Below are positions 37,163 to 46,974 of a DNA stretch of 64,000 nt, one piece after another. The stretch is from Lachnotalea sp. (GTDB lineage: Bacteria; Bacillota; Clostridia; Lachnospirales; Lachnospiraceae). Made by a program: the position numbers and the translations under genes. The notes beneath the pieces were generated by a model. The model was not told the DNA's origin and searched no databases. It worked only from the letters and a program-made list of their open reading frames with translations. Where the stretch lies: positions 4,217 through 68,216 of the forward strand of contig JBGUEQ010000010.1 of assembly GCA_041821265.1 (NCBI GenBank). Direction: 5' to 3'. The number at the start of each line of letters is the position of its first letter. Position 1 is the stretch's first letter.

Positions 37163-38650
37163 TCATACCAAGGGCCGAACCGCTTTGTACAGCTCTTTAT
37201 ACCGTTTATAGTATTTCATATAGGCTTCATGCTGCTCTTTTCTGGGATAATAGAAATCAAGTTCTTTTACCAAACTGTCAGAAGCCTCTTTGATATTCTT
37301 ATAAACACCTACTGCAATCGCAGTGAGCATTACACATCCTACGGTTCCCGCTTCACTTGAACCAAGTGATGATATTGGTATGTTTAATATATCTGCTTTC
37401 ATTTGCATCCACACTTTGGAGTTGGCACCTCCACCAGTAGCACGCAGAATCTTAAATTCAATACCTGCTTTATTTAATTCCTCCATGTTCAAATGCATCT
37501 CATAGACAACACCCTCCATCATGGCGCGGTACAGGTCTGAAGCAGTATGACCCACAGTTAATCCAACTATTGCCCCTTTAGATCCGGAATCCATATATGG
37601 AGTTGCTGCACCTGCAAAATGTGGCAATACCAAGATGCCGGTTGGCGCATCCTCCATTTTCTGTTCCAATACTTCATAGACGGATTTTTTCTGCTCATCT
37701 GCAAGACTCTTTTCATAGCCGGCTAAATTATCTACAAACCATTTTACAAGTGCGCCTCCAGTATAGGTAAAGGCATAACATACGTATTTTCCAGGTACTA
37801 TATATGGGACTACAGCATAGCCTCCTTTGAATAGAATATTATTATCCGGTAATTTATCAAAGACTGGTGTAATACACTCAACAGTTCCAGCTCCGTCCAC
37901 GGCGATATCCGAATCAAACACTCCTGCACCTATTGCGGCTGCAATCTGATCATGACCAATTGATACGATAATAGCATCTTTTGTAAGTCCAAGTTCCTTC
38001 AATAATATTTCCTTTACACATCCGGCGCTAGTACCAGTTGGTACAGGTCTTGACAATAAATTAATATCGACGCCGGCTGCTTCCAGAATTTCTTTACTCC
38101 AGGACAAAGATCTGATATCAAATGCCATAGTTCTGGTTGCCAGTGAATAGTCAATTTGTGCTGTACCTGTTAACATAAAAACAATATAATCTTCCATTAG
38201 CATTATATGTTTTACTGATGCATATTCCTTCTGCTGATTTTTCTTTATCCACATGATTTTAGGAAGACTGAACATTGAATGCGGATTCAGTCCGGTAATA
38301 TAAGCTATCTTCTCTGCACCAATACTATTTTCAATTTCCTCGCATTCTACATTTCCCCTTGGATCCGTATAAAGCATAGAAGGAAAGATAGGATTATTAT
38401 TGTCATCCAGCATCACGAATGTTTCTCCAAAACTAGTTACACCAATTCCTTTTATATCAGGATTTTTTTCTGACACTTCTTTAATAACTTCTTTTACAGC
38501 TTTCCAGATATATTCTGCTTTTACTTCATGTGTACTGGTACTTCTTGATACTGGATATTCTCTGTACGCTTTATCTAAATATTTACCTTCATCACTATAG
38601 ACTGTTATTTTACATCCGGTTGTGCCAATATCCAAACCTCCAATTGACAT
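37163..38650 (-). CDS. FGGY-family carbohydrate kinase
   Basis: N-terminal GLDIGTTGCK, C-terminal ATGGGANS. 495 aa. Confidence 0.88.
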   Translation of the reverse strand: MSIGGLDIGTTGCKITVYSDEGKYLDKAYREYPVSRSTSTHEVKAEYIWKAVKEVIKEVSEKNPDIKGIGVTSFGETFVMLDDNNNPIFPSMLYTDPRGNVECEEIENSIGAEKIAYITGLNPHSMFSLPKIMWIKKNQQKEYASVKHIMLMEDYIVFMLTGTAQIDYSLATRTMAFDIRSLSWSKEILEAAGVDINLLSRPVPTGTSAGCVKEILLKELGLTKDAIIVSIGHDQIAAAIGAGVFDSDIAVDGAGTVECITPVFDKLPDNNILFKGGYAVVPYIVPGKYVCYAFTYTGGALVKWFVDNLAGYEKSLADEQKKSVYEVLEQKMEDAPTGILVLPHFAGAATPYMDSGSKGAIVGLTVGHTASDLYRAMMEGVVYEMHLNMEELNKAGIEFKILRATGGGANSKVWMQMKADILNIPISSLGSSEAGTVGCVMLTAIAVGVYKNIKEASDSLVKELDFYYPRKEQHEAYMKYYKRYKELYKAVRPLV

Positions 38651-38707
38651 AATATCGCCTCCTGACTTTCTATTCTATTAACATAGGCTATTTATGATAA
38701 ATAAGAG

Positions 38708-40108
38708 TTAATCAATATCAACCACATCATATTTTAAATAAACTCGAAACGCTTCTTCCAACACCTTTTTCATATTACCCATACCAACGGTTGTATGGTG
38801 TTTAAATCCGCCTCTCGCTAATTTGGTTAACTTAGTCTGCAAATCAGGAATTTGGGCAACTCCACCACATCCAAAGAAACCATCTTCAATTTCATCATCA
38901 GTAAAATAGCCTTCACTTGCATAAATAGTCAACTTTCCATTCTCCGTCTTGCAATTTGACATTGTCATTGGAAATGTTGCTATTCTTCCTTCATTGCTTC
39001 CCCATCCACTACCAGGGTCACCTTTAGCAAACATTTTATGTTCTGTTACAGTTCCTTTTTCTTTCATTAAGCTTTGAGCGATTGGTCCACAGTGAAATAA
39101 TATTACTTTATTTTCATCATCGCCGTAATTGTTATTCCAGTCTAAACAAGCTGTTGGTTTCTCAGAAGCAAGTTTCATCGCATGCATGGTTATGGCTGAA
39201 CACATATCAATTTCACAGGAAGCAACAATACCTCTGTCATTTAATTCACTTAGAAGTACACATGGGCATACTCTTAGGATTGTCTCAAATTCATTCCAAC
39301 AACGAAGCGTCAATGCATCCAACTTGTATTCATCAATATATTCATCAATAACAACTCCTACCTTTGCCAGTGTATTCATATTTGGTTCTGGTACATTGCT
39401 ACAATCCGTATAAGATTTTAAACGTTCTTTTTTAGCTATAACATCTTTCGCGTCATCCTTCTTTTGACCTACTTTATAAATCAACTCTGATAAATCAAAG
39501 GATTCTACATTTATGCCATATCTTTGCAGTGTGATTTCGTCAAAACGAACTGTTTTAAAGGCTGTAGTTCTGGCACCAATACATCCAACTGTAAACTTTC
39601 TCATTCCCTTTACAACACGGCATACAGCTGCAAAATCATTTAAATTCTCAGCAAATTTATCAGATAACGGATGTACAACGTGAGGTGTAAATACTGTGTA
39701 GGGAACTTCATATTGTGAAAACACGTCTGTAACACTAAATTTTCCGCAAAATGCATCTCTTCTTTCTTTAAAATTCATTTTACCGATTTCATCGGGATAA
39801 GCTTGCATTAAAATTGGTACGCCTGCCTCTTCCAAAGCTGTAATAGCACCGTTTTCATCTACGAAGATTGGCATGCACAGAATGACACCATCGTATTCGC
39901 CTTCGTGTTCTTTCAACCATCTTGCATAAATTCTGCCTTCTTCTCTAGTCTCTACAGCACCATAGCGGGTAGCAGTCTCATCCATCATAATATAATCATA
40001 TCCTGCACCCGTTACTGACTTCACCATATCTGTTCTTGCTTCTGCTATCAATACTTCCGGCATAAAACCTCTGTTTCCGAAATAAAGTGCAAAGGTTGTT
40101 TTCTTCAT
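38708..40108 (-). CDS. L-fucose/L-arabinose isomerase-family protein (short, 466-aa form)
   Basis: Overall similarity, from memory, to FucI C-terminal-domain-family isomerases. First gene of the operon. Confidence 0.65.
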   Translation of the reverse strand: MKKTTFALYFGNRGFMPEVLIAEARTDMVKSVTGAGYDYIMMDETATRYGAVETREEGRIYARWLKEHEGEYDGVILCMPIFVDENGAITALEEAGVPILMQAYPDEIGKMNFKERRDAFCGKFSVTDVFSQYEVPYTVFTPHVVHPLSDKFAENLNDFAAVCRVVKGMRKFTVGCIGARTTAFKTVRFDEITLQRYGINVESFDLSELIYKVGQKKDDAKDVIAKKERLKSYTDCSNVPEPNMNTLAKVGVVIDEYIDEYKLDALTLRCWNEFETILRVCPCVLLSELNDRGIVASCEIDMCSAITMHAMKLASEKPTACLDWNNNYGDDENKVILFHCGPIAQSLMKEKGTVTEHKMFAKGDPGSGWGSNEGRIATFPMTMSNCKTENGKLTIYASEGYFTDDEIEDGFFGCGGVAQIPDLQTKLTKLARGGFKHHTTVGMGNMKKVLEEAFRVYLKYDVVDID

Positions 40109-40194
40109 ATAATATCCTCCAATTTCAAGTTGTTTTCATAATTCTATTTATGTCTTAATTTTAAAATATTTCTTATGTTTAAAATAGATTTATT

Positions 40195-40222
40195 CGTACA
40201 TAAAATAGTAAAAACGTACATT
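40195..40222. promoter_or_regulatory. Direct repeat CGTACAT(A/T) x2 with 20-bp spacing in the divergent regulator/operon intergenic region
   Basis: CGTACATA at 40195-40202 and CGTACATT at 40215-40222. Two-helical-turn phasing is typical of AraC-type direct-repeat sites. Confidence 0.35.
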
Positions 40223-40343
40223 ATTTTTTATTCTAAATATCTTTTTATTTTTCGCATAATATGCTATAATTTTAACAGATTGTAATTTAACTATATCTAT
40301 TAATAGTAATTATGTTTTTTTATCAGAGAGGAGATGGGCATAT

Positions 40344-41177
40344 TTGATTTCTGTATTTGATATCGTTAATCTAAAAAAGTTACTAAAAGATTTTTATGTA
40401 TTATCTAAAATTAGGATTACCGTCTTTGATGAGGAATTTAAAGAAATTGTATCTTATCCCAACAATATACCAGTTTTTTGTTCCATAATTCGTTCTGATC
40501 CAACAGCTCTCCATAATTGTAAGTTATGTGATGAAAGAGCTTGCCAAAGAGCAAAAACATTGAAGAAAAACTATATTTATTCTTGTCATGCCGGTTTAAC
40601 TGAATCTATAACTCCAATCATAATAGGAAATTTAATTATAGGTTATATGCTTTTTGGACACATTGCGCAATACCCGGATAAAGAGGAAGGTTGGAACCAT
40701 GTACAAAGCAAATGTGAAAATTATAATATCAACATGCTGTCATTAAAGGAATCTTATCATATGTGTAAGTATTTTTCTGTGGAGCACATAAATGCAGCTA
40801 CTCAGATCATGGAAACCGTAGCTTCCTATCTTTGTGTTTCTCATATGGCAAGACTTAAATATGACAGTCTTCCAATTCAAATTGACACTTATATCACTGA
40901 TCATTTTAGTGAAAATATATCCATTGAGAATTTAAGCACCCAATTTGAAATAAGCCGTACAAAACTCTATCAGATTGCAGCTCAAAATTATGGTATCGGT
41001 ATCGCTGAATACATTCGGAATTTAAGAATAGAAAAATCCAAGCAATTGCTCTTGGAAACGACAATGCCAATAAAAGAAATTGCATCCGTTGTTGGTATCG
41101 ATGATTATAACTACTTCTCAAAAGTATTCAAAAATATAAGTGGTAAAACACCTAGAGCCTTTCGATATAACCGCTAA
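40344..41177 (+). CDS. AraC-family regulator with an N-terminal PocR-type sensory domain
   Basis: The N-terminal half carries a Cys-containing PocR-like segment (FCSIIRSDPTALHNCKLCDERACQRA..YSCHAGLTE). The C-terminal part is a double HTH (..YNYFSKVFKNISGKTPRAFR). Confidence 0.8.
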   Translation: MISVFDIVNLKKLLKDFYVLSKIRITVFDEEFKEIVSYPNNIPVFCSIIRSDPTALHNCKLCDERACQRAKTLKKNYIYSCHAGLTESITPIIIGNLIIGYMLFGHIAQYPDKEEGWNHVQSKCENYNINMLSLKESYHMCKYFSVEHINAATQIMETVASYLCVSHMARLKYDSLPIQIDTYITDHFSENISIENLSTQFEISRTKLYQIAAQNYGIGIAEYIRNLRIEKSKQLLLETTMPIKEIASVVGIDDYNYFSKVFKNISGKTPRAFRYNR

Positions 41178-41218
41178 AAGAAGGAGGATGTATAATAACA
41201 TCCTCCTTCTTTTAGCGG
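41171..41218. terminator. 21-bp perfect hairpin overlapping the AraC/PocR stop codon; probable shared convergent terminator
   Basis: CCGCTAAAAGAAGGAGGATGT-ATAATA-ACATCCTCCTTCTTTTAGCGG. Confidence 0.6.
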
Positions 41219-41233
41219 TACAACAATAATTTT

Positions 41234-41454
41234 TTAACCTTTTATACCGCCTGCGGTCAATCCTGCAACGAAATATTTTTGTAATGCTATAAACATAATG
41301 AACAACGGAATAAGAATAATACAGGTTGTTCATTCACCCATAGACGGTATCTGGAGTTAGCAGTAACTGCAATCTGTAAGTTTGCCTTCTCTTAACTCTG
41401 AAAAGCCCGATTTTGCTCATTTTGTATTGTTTCTATTTATTTCTTTTTCTCCAT
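41234..41454 (-). pseudogene. Composite deletion scar: N-terminal fragment of a second GH78-like gene fused to the last 31 codons of a sugar ABC permease
   Basis: Own translation: MEKKK*IETIQNEQNRAFQS*EKANLQIAVTANSRYRLWVNEQPVL (compare LSIDITANSRYRLWINGKPVL in the 58811-61201 protein). A 16-nt identity links 41338-41353 and 61031-61046. In another frame: TTCIILIPLFIMFIALQKYFVAGLTAGGIKG*, a typical permease C-terminus. Confidence 0.65.
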
Positions 41455-41471
41455 CTTTTTTGCATCTAAGC

Positions 41472-43025
41472 TCAAATAATCAGTTCAAATGTCACAAAAT
41501 CTAATGCACCGCATCCAACATAGGTAAAATACAACGCTTGTACTCCATCAGAAATATCGACATTTCCCTGAAATTCTTCCCACATTATTGATGTGGTTTC
41601 TACCGTAATCTCACCGAGAGAAAGACCTCCTGGCTTTGTAGAAACCACAAATTTTCCATCTAATGGTTCTTTCCTCTGCCGCACCTGAACCTTGATACTC
41701 TTAATATTTTCAAAATTAAAGTACTTAAATCCTATTGTAGTACCATCCATTACATTTGCTACATATTGTATTGCTAATACTTCCTCCTGTTTGGCAAGTT
41801 CAGAATCTGGTGAAATATCCGGCAGATCCTGTGTTAAAAATGGGTAATCCATCTTCATTACCAATGGATCTGAAAATACATTTCCATTTTTTCCTGTTAA
41901 GTGACAGCATATCTGTGCCGGATAGATTCCATTCCCTTCCAATGCCCCCTGATTCAGACCACAGGATGTCACTTCTGCCTGAGCAATGGAACCGTCTTCA
42001 TTAAAATAAACTTTTTCTGCACATCCTTGACGGCTGAAATTCGTTCTGTTTGTCTGTCTGTGGTAAAAAATATACCATTGTCCATCGGCACATTCAATTC
42101 CACCATGTGTGTTGCCCAGGCAATTTACTGTATCCTTCTCTGTACGTCCATCTAAAAATACATCACCTATATCAACAAGCGTGCCTCCGTATTGATATCC
42201 TTCATCCGGTCTATTACTGACTGCATAGCACAATTCATGGCTCTGCAAGGAGGAATACACAAAATAATATTTTCCATTAATCTTACGAATTGAACTTGCT
42301 TCAAAGAATTCATGTCCCTCATATTCGGTTCCGGCACTATTTCTCAAATCACACAGCAAAGACTTTGGTTCTTCCTTAATAGTCAGCATATCCTGCTCCA
42401 GTTTCATTACCTGTGAACCATGCTTGCTCATATATTGTATATGTTCCTGCTTCATTGGCGCATTTCCGGAATAGAGATAGATCGTCCCGTCATCATCAAT
42501 AAATATACCCGGGTCAAATTGAACCTTATCTCCTCCTTTCTCTCCTAATACAGTCCCATCGGCATGTTTGACCATTCCCAAATACTCATATTCCCCAGCT
42601 GGTGTATCACAGACCGCCACCGAAATCTGAGGCAAATAATCCAGACAATAATAAAGGTAATATCTTTTGTCAAATCCTTTCACCACATCAGGTGCCCATT
42701 GCGCATGGACTCCCGGAGAATTTAAGTCCTCCGGACCTTGAGGCACAGCCCCAAATAATGGTTTTGCGGGTGGTGCATCCTTTGGAATATTCTGATTTCT
42801 AGGATCTTGATCCTTACGGAGAATAACTCCTTCATATTTCCAATTAGTCAGGTCTTTCACATCTGCTGAATAGCAGATATAATCATTTAAGCAAAACTCT
42901 GCTCCATTAAACCGATCATGGCTTCCATAGAGATAAATCCTATCTCCGAATACATGAGGTTCACCATCCGGCACGTATTCATAAGATGGTAAATAAGGAT
43001 TAAATACCTGTTTTTTCCCGCTCAT
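41472..43025 (-). CDS. GH43-family glycoside hydrolase with a C-terminal beta-sandwich domain, cytoplasmic
   Basis: 517 aa. N-terminus FNPYLPSYEYVPDGEPHVFGDRIYLYGSHD.. and five-bladed-propeller-type repeats typical of GH43. No signal peptide. Confidence 0.8.
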   Translation of the reverse strand: MSGKKQVFNPYLPSYEYVPDGEPHVFGDRIYLYGSHDRFNGAEFCLNDYICYSADVKDLTNWKYEGVILRKDQDPRNQNIPKDAPPAKPLFGAVPQGPEDLNSPGVHAQWAPDVVKGFDKRYYLYYCLDYLPQISVAVCDTPAGEYEYLGMVKHADGTVLGEKGGDKVQFDPGIFIDDDGTIYLYSGNAPMKQEHIQYMSKHGSQVMKLEQDMLTIKEEPKSLLCDLRNSAGTEYEGHEFFEASSIRKINGKYYFVYSSLQSHELCYAVSNRPDEGYQYGGTLVDIGDVFLDGRTEKDTVNCLGNTHGGIECADGQWYIFYHRQTNRTNFSRQGCAEKVYFNEDGSIAQAEVTSCGLNQGALEGNGIYPAQICCHLTGKNGNVFSDPLVMKMDYPFLTQDLPDISPDSELAKQEEVLAIQYVANVMDGTTIGFKYFNFENIKSIKVQVRQRKEPLDGKFVVSTKPGGLSLGEITVETTSIMWEEFQGNVDISDGVQALYFTYVGCGALDFVTFELII

Positions 43026-43068
43026 TATTTTTCCTTTCTAACATACAAATTTCCATTCTTCTATAACA

Positions 43069-44049
43069 CTAATTCACCCAAATTGACTTAAGCCACTGAT
43101 CTGCCAGTATGGGCCATATTGCCACTTCCTCCACTGCCTCCGGCGACATTACTCGCATTTTATTGGATAAATCAGTATCAAGCAGTGAAAGCACAAACTT
43201 CTTGTGATCATCAGCAACTGTTATTCTTCCATCCTTAATTGCCTGTGCCAGCTTCACCAACTGTTCCATTGTATTCAGCTCACCAAAGTTACCGGTTTCC
43301 CAATCTTTATTCGATAACGACAATCCGTGAGGTCCTCTTGAAAACACATGACAGGCATGACGAACACCTTGTTTTTTACATTCTTTCGCATACAAATAGC
43401 TGTTTTCTACCGGTACTAATTCATCCGTTGCTGTATGCCATAGAAAGCAGGGTGGTGTCTCTTCTGTTACTTGCTTTTCCAAGGACATATATTCTAGTTC
43501 TTCCTCCGTAGCTTCATTACCTAAAAGTGTAAGAAACGAATCACGATGGGCATACTTACTCGAGGTTATAACCGGATAAGATAGTATAGATGCATCTGGC
43601 CTGTTGGACACATGAGCATAATTAGGATTCTCATCAATAATATCTGCATAATGGACACAAACACTCCCACAAAGATGGCCGCCTGCGGAAAAACCGCATA
43701 CCACAAGCTGATTGGTATGAATATTGAATTCATCACTATGCACTCTGATATATCGAATTGCTCTTGATAAGTCGCGAAGCGGTTGCATTTTTAATGCCGC
43801 TAATCGTAATAGGTCCGTTGTATAAGTACAGATGAAGGCATTGTATCCCTTTTCGTAAAATTTCTTGGCAACAATTTCACCTTCTGTCGGAGAAACCATA
43901 GAATAGCCGCCCCCCGGTACTACCAGGATACAAGGTCTTTTGCTATCATCTTCATCATGTAAATAGCTGACAAGATAAGGAATAAATCCAAACGCTTTCG
44001 GATAAGTATATTCTTCTGCTTCCCATAGCTTTATATTCTGTGTTCTCAT
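43069..44049 (-). CDS. Alpha/beta-hydrolase esterase (acetyl-esterase/lipase-like)
   Basis: Oxyanion region VVPGGGY and nucleophile elbow GFSAGGH. 326 aa, no signal peptide. Confidence 0.8.
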   Translation of the reverse strand: MRTQNIKLWEAEEYTYPKAFGFIPYLVSYLHDEDDSKRPCILVVPGGGYSMVSPTEGEIVAKKFYEKGYNAFICTYTTDLLRLAALKMQPLRDLSRAIRYIRVHSDEFNIHTNQLVVCGFSAGGHLCGSVCVHYADIIDENPNYAHVSNRPDASILSYPVITSSKYAHRDSFLTLLGNEATEEELEYMSLEKQVTEETPPCFLWHTATDELVPVENSYLYAKECKKQGVRHACHVFSRGPHGLSLSNKDWETGNFGELNTMEQLVKLAQAIKDGRITVADDHKKFVLSLLDTDLSNKMRVMSPEAVEEVAIWPILADQWLKSIWVN

Positions 44050-44080
44050 GATATACCTCCATATTTGATATTTTATTGGT

Positions 44081-46864
44081 TTAATAATATGCCTTTATCA
44101 TCTGGTCCAGCTTATTCATCTCTTCCTCATCAATACTTCCCTTGAATTTCTCAGTGATTTCTCTTATGGAATTGGAAAGGTATTGAGTCGAAAGTGCGTT
44201 AATCTGCATTATTATTCTATAAAGTTTTTCCTTGAGTTCCGGATTTTGTAACAACACTATTAATGGTGTGGTTGTATCGTAAATCGGCTTTATTGATTGG
44301 GTAGTCTCGTAAACTACCTGGTATTCACCCGCAGTCAGATAACATACCCCCTCCTGCACCTGTATAAACATAGGATTTGTGTTATCCCCATATGTCTCAG
44401 GATTTGCCAGCGGAAGCGTCAAGCTTGCCCTACAGCCGAACGGCACAGTAACCATAAGCTCTACATGTGTCGGATCAATCAGCTTCCATGCACTTTTATA
44501 TAAACCTGCAGCAGAATCATAGGATGCTTCCACATGACCTATCTTCCAATTTAGCGTTGGAATAATCGTTGCTTCTCTAAAACCCGGTATATCCACTGTC
44601 GGATTTAACCCTGCAGCATGTCGGAACATCCATTCAACAATCGAGCCGTAGGAATAATGATTCAAACTGTTCATACCAGTACTGGAAATACTTCCATCTT
44701 CCGTCACACTGTTCCAGCGTTCCCATACAGTAGTCGCACCAAGCTTGATTTCATGCAGCCATCCCGGATACTCTTCATTTAACAATAACTGGTAGGACAG
44801 GTCGTCGAACCCATTATCAGACAATATATTACACATCAACGGTGTACCTACAAAGCCGGTCTTTAACTTAAAGTTATTGTCTGTAAACAGCTTGTACAAC
44901 ATTTTTTTTGTCAGTATCTCATTGTCTGACAGGTGATATTTCAAGGTTAATAAAAGTGCTGTTTGTGTCTTGATACAGCAGCGTCCGCTCGGACTATAAT
45001 ACTCTGTTTTTACGATATCAAACTGTTCCTTCGAGAGTTTTGCATATTTCTTTTCTTCTTCAGTAAGTCCAAGTACTCCGGCTGCCTTTGCAACAATTCC
45101 GGCACTGACTGCATAATAGACATTAGCAATGAACTCTTCATCCGTTCCGCCAAGTACCTGATCTACGCCGCCATTTGTATTATCCAGTGCCAGCCAGTCA
45201 CCATAATGGAATTGCTCTCTCCATTTATGGTCCTCACCATCTACGGAGTGAATGTAATCCACCCAACTCTTCATACTTTCAAATTGCTCTTTTAAAATGC
45301 TCTTATCACCGTAAAACTCATACAGACTCCAGGGAATAATACAGGCTGCATCGCCCCAGACAGTAGCACACGTTTCTACACCACAAGAAGGAACAACATC
45401 CGGAACTTTTCCGCCTAAGGCTTTCTGTTCCTTTGCCATATCATACAGATACTTCGCATAGAAAGCATAGGTATCCTCCAAATAAGTAGCTGTTGGTGTA
45501 AATACCTGTGCATCTCCTGTCCAGCCCATACGTTCATCTCTCTGAGGGCAGTCCGTGGGCACATCCACGAAATTACTCTTTAAGCCCCATCTTACATTGG
45601 AAACCAATTGATTCACCAACCCATGCCCGGTGCTTATATTACCTGTCTGAGAAATCTCACTGTAAAGTGCAAGACCTGTAAAATCCACTTTCTTCAAATC
45701 AGAGATACCTTCAATTTTTACAAAGCGGTATCCATAATAGGTAAAATGCGGAATAATTTCTACTTCAGTCCCATCAGAAATATAAATATATTCAGATTTA
45801 GCCGTTCTCAAATTCTCATTATAGAAGTTTCCCCCTTGCAGAACTTCACCGGTCTGGATATGAATTTTCGTTCCGGCAGGCTCTTTCACTCTGAGCTTAA
45901 AGATTCCAGCAAACTCCTGCCCCATATCAAATACCTGTTCCCCAGCCGGTGTATATAAAAGTTCAATCGGTTGGAAGGTCTCATGCACCGTTACCGGTGT
46001 ACTCATTCTTGCTGTCAGTTCTCCCTTGGGCGATTCACAGTAAATGGCATTTACTATCGGAAGTTCAGGCAGTGTATCATCTCTCTGTTCTCCATCATAA
46101 ATATTAGAAAACAGGATATTGCTTCTTCTTACCGTCCAGCTTTCATCCGTACCTATGATCTCCTGCGTGCCGTCCGTATAGAACAGCTTCACTTCTGCAA
46201 TCAACTTCCACTCGCTTCCATAAAAACCAATATCCTCGATAGCTGAAAATCCAAAGCGAGATTTAAACCATCCATTTCCGAGCAGAATGGATAGTGTTCC
46301 TGACTTTTCCAGTTGTTGCGTGATATCGTAGGTTTGATATTGTACCCATTCTTTGTAATCGTTACTATATGGTGTTAGATATTCCGTTCCAATTTTCTCA
46401 CCACCCAGATATGCTTCGTAAAGACCAAGACCACAAATATACAATCTGGCTTGTTTTACTGGTTTCTTCGGAAGGACTTTCTTCTCGAAAAATGGATGTC
46501 TTTTTTTTGCACTGTCACAGGAAATCCATTTTCCTATCCAAGGCTCAGCAAGCTTTGCTGTTTCAAACCACTGTACCTTACTATGCTCCTCTTCCCCCGC
46601 ATCCGTACGTACTATTACCCTCCAGAAATACCTTGTGGACGATGTAAGCTTTAACTCCACCAAATATCCCAAACTATCTGCCTGATCATCCCATCCGGAA
46701 TCAAAGATAGCGTCTGTCATATCTTCCTTTGAAGCAATCTGTATCCTTGCTTCGGTCTGTGTTTTCCCCTTTGCATCCTTTACTTTCCATGAGAATACAG
46801 TATGTTCCATCCGATATCCCAAGGGATTTGAAAGATGATTTACCTTTAAGTCATAAATATTCAT
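44081..46864 (-). CDS. GH78 alpha-L-rhamnosidase
   Basis: 927 aa. N-terminus MNIYDLKVNHLSNPLGY.., the rhamnosidase N-domain (..ARLYICGLGLYEAYLGGEKIG..), and six-hairpin catalytic-domain motifs (DCPQRDERMGWTGD, SLNHYSYGSIVEWM). Confidence 0.9.
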   Translation of the reverse strand: MNIYDLKVNHLSNPLGYRMEHTVFSWKVKDAKGKTQTEARIQIASKEDMTDAIFDSGWDDQADSLGYLVELKLTSSTRYFWRVIVRTDAGEEEHSKVQWFETAKLAEPWIGKWISCDSAKKRHPFFEKKVLPKKPVKQARLYICGLGLYEAYLGGEKIGTEYLTPYSNDYKEWVQYQTYDITQQLEKSGTLSILLGNGWFKSRFGFSAIEDIGFYGSEWKLIAEVKLFYTDGTQEIIGTDESWTVRRSNILFSNIYDGEQRDDTLPELPIVNAIYCESPKGELTARMSTPVTVHETFQPIELLYTPAGEQVFDMGQEFAGIFKLRVKEPAGTKIHIQTGEVLQGGNFYNENLRTAKSEYIYISDGTEVEIIPHFTYYGYRFVKIEGISDLKKVDFTGLALYSEISQTGNISTGHGLVNQLVSNVRWGLKSNFVDVPTDCPQRDERMGWTGDAQVFTPTATYLEDTYAFYAKYLYDMAKEQKALGGKVPDVVPSCGVETCATVWGDAACIIPWSLYEFYGDKSILKEQFESMKSWVDYIHSVDGEDHKWREQFHYGDWLALDNTNGGVDQVLGGTDEEFIANVYYAVSAGIVAKAAGVLGLTEEEKKYAKLSKEQFDIVKTEYYSPSGRCCIKTQTALLLTLKYHLSDNEILTKKMLYKLFTDNNFKLKTGFVGTPLMCNILSDNGFDDLSYQLLLNEEYPGWLHEIKLGATTVWERWNSVTEDGSISSTGMNSLNHYSYGSIVEWMFRHAAGLNPTVDIPGFREATIIPTLNWKIGHVEASYDSAAGLYKSAWKLIDPTHVELMVTVPFGCRASLTLPLANPETYGDNTNPMFIQVQEGVCYLTAGEYQVVYETTQSIKPIYDTTTPLIVLLQNPELKEKLYRIIMQINALSTQYLSNSIREITEKFKGSIDEEEMNKLDQMIKAYY

Positions 46865-46974
46865 CGTTATATCCTTTCCATCCGTTTATATTTGGTTTAT
46901 ATTTGGTTCACATAGGAACCAAGAAATAGTAAGCTCTCCTTCGGCATTCTTTGCATCGTTTTCCGATCCACATC

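Noticed and set aside
41118-41333. 71-aa minus-strand ORF.
   Set aside because: It runs through the AraC 3' end, the 21-bp terminator hairpin and the permease remnant in the wrong frame. It is an artefact of the scar region.
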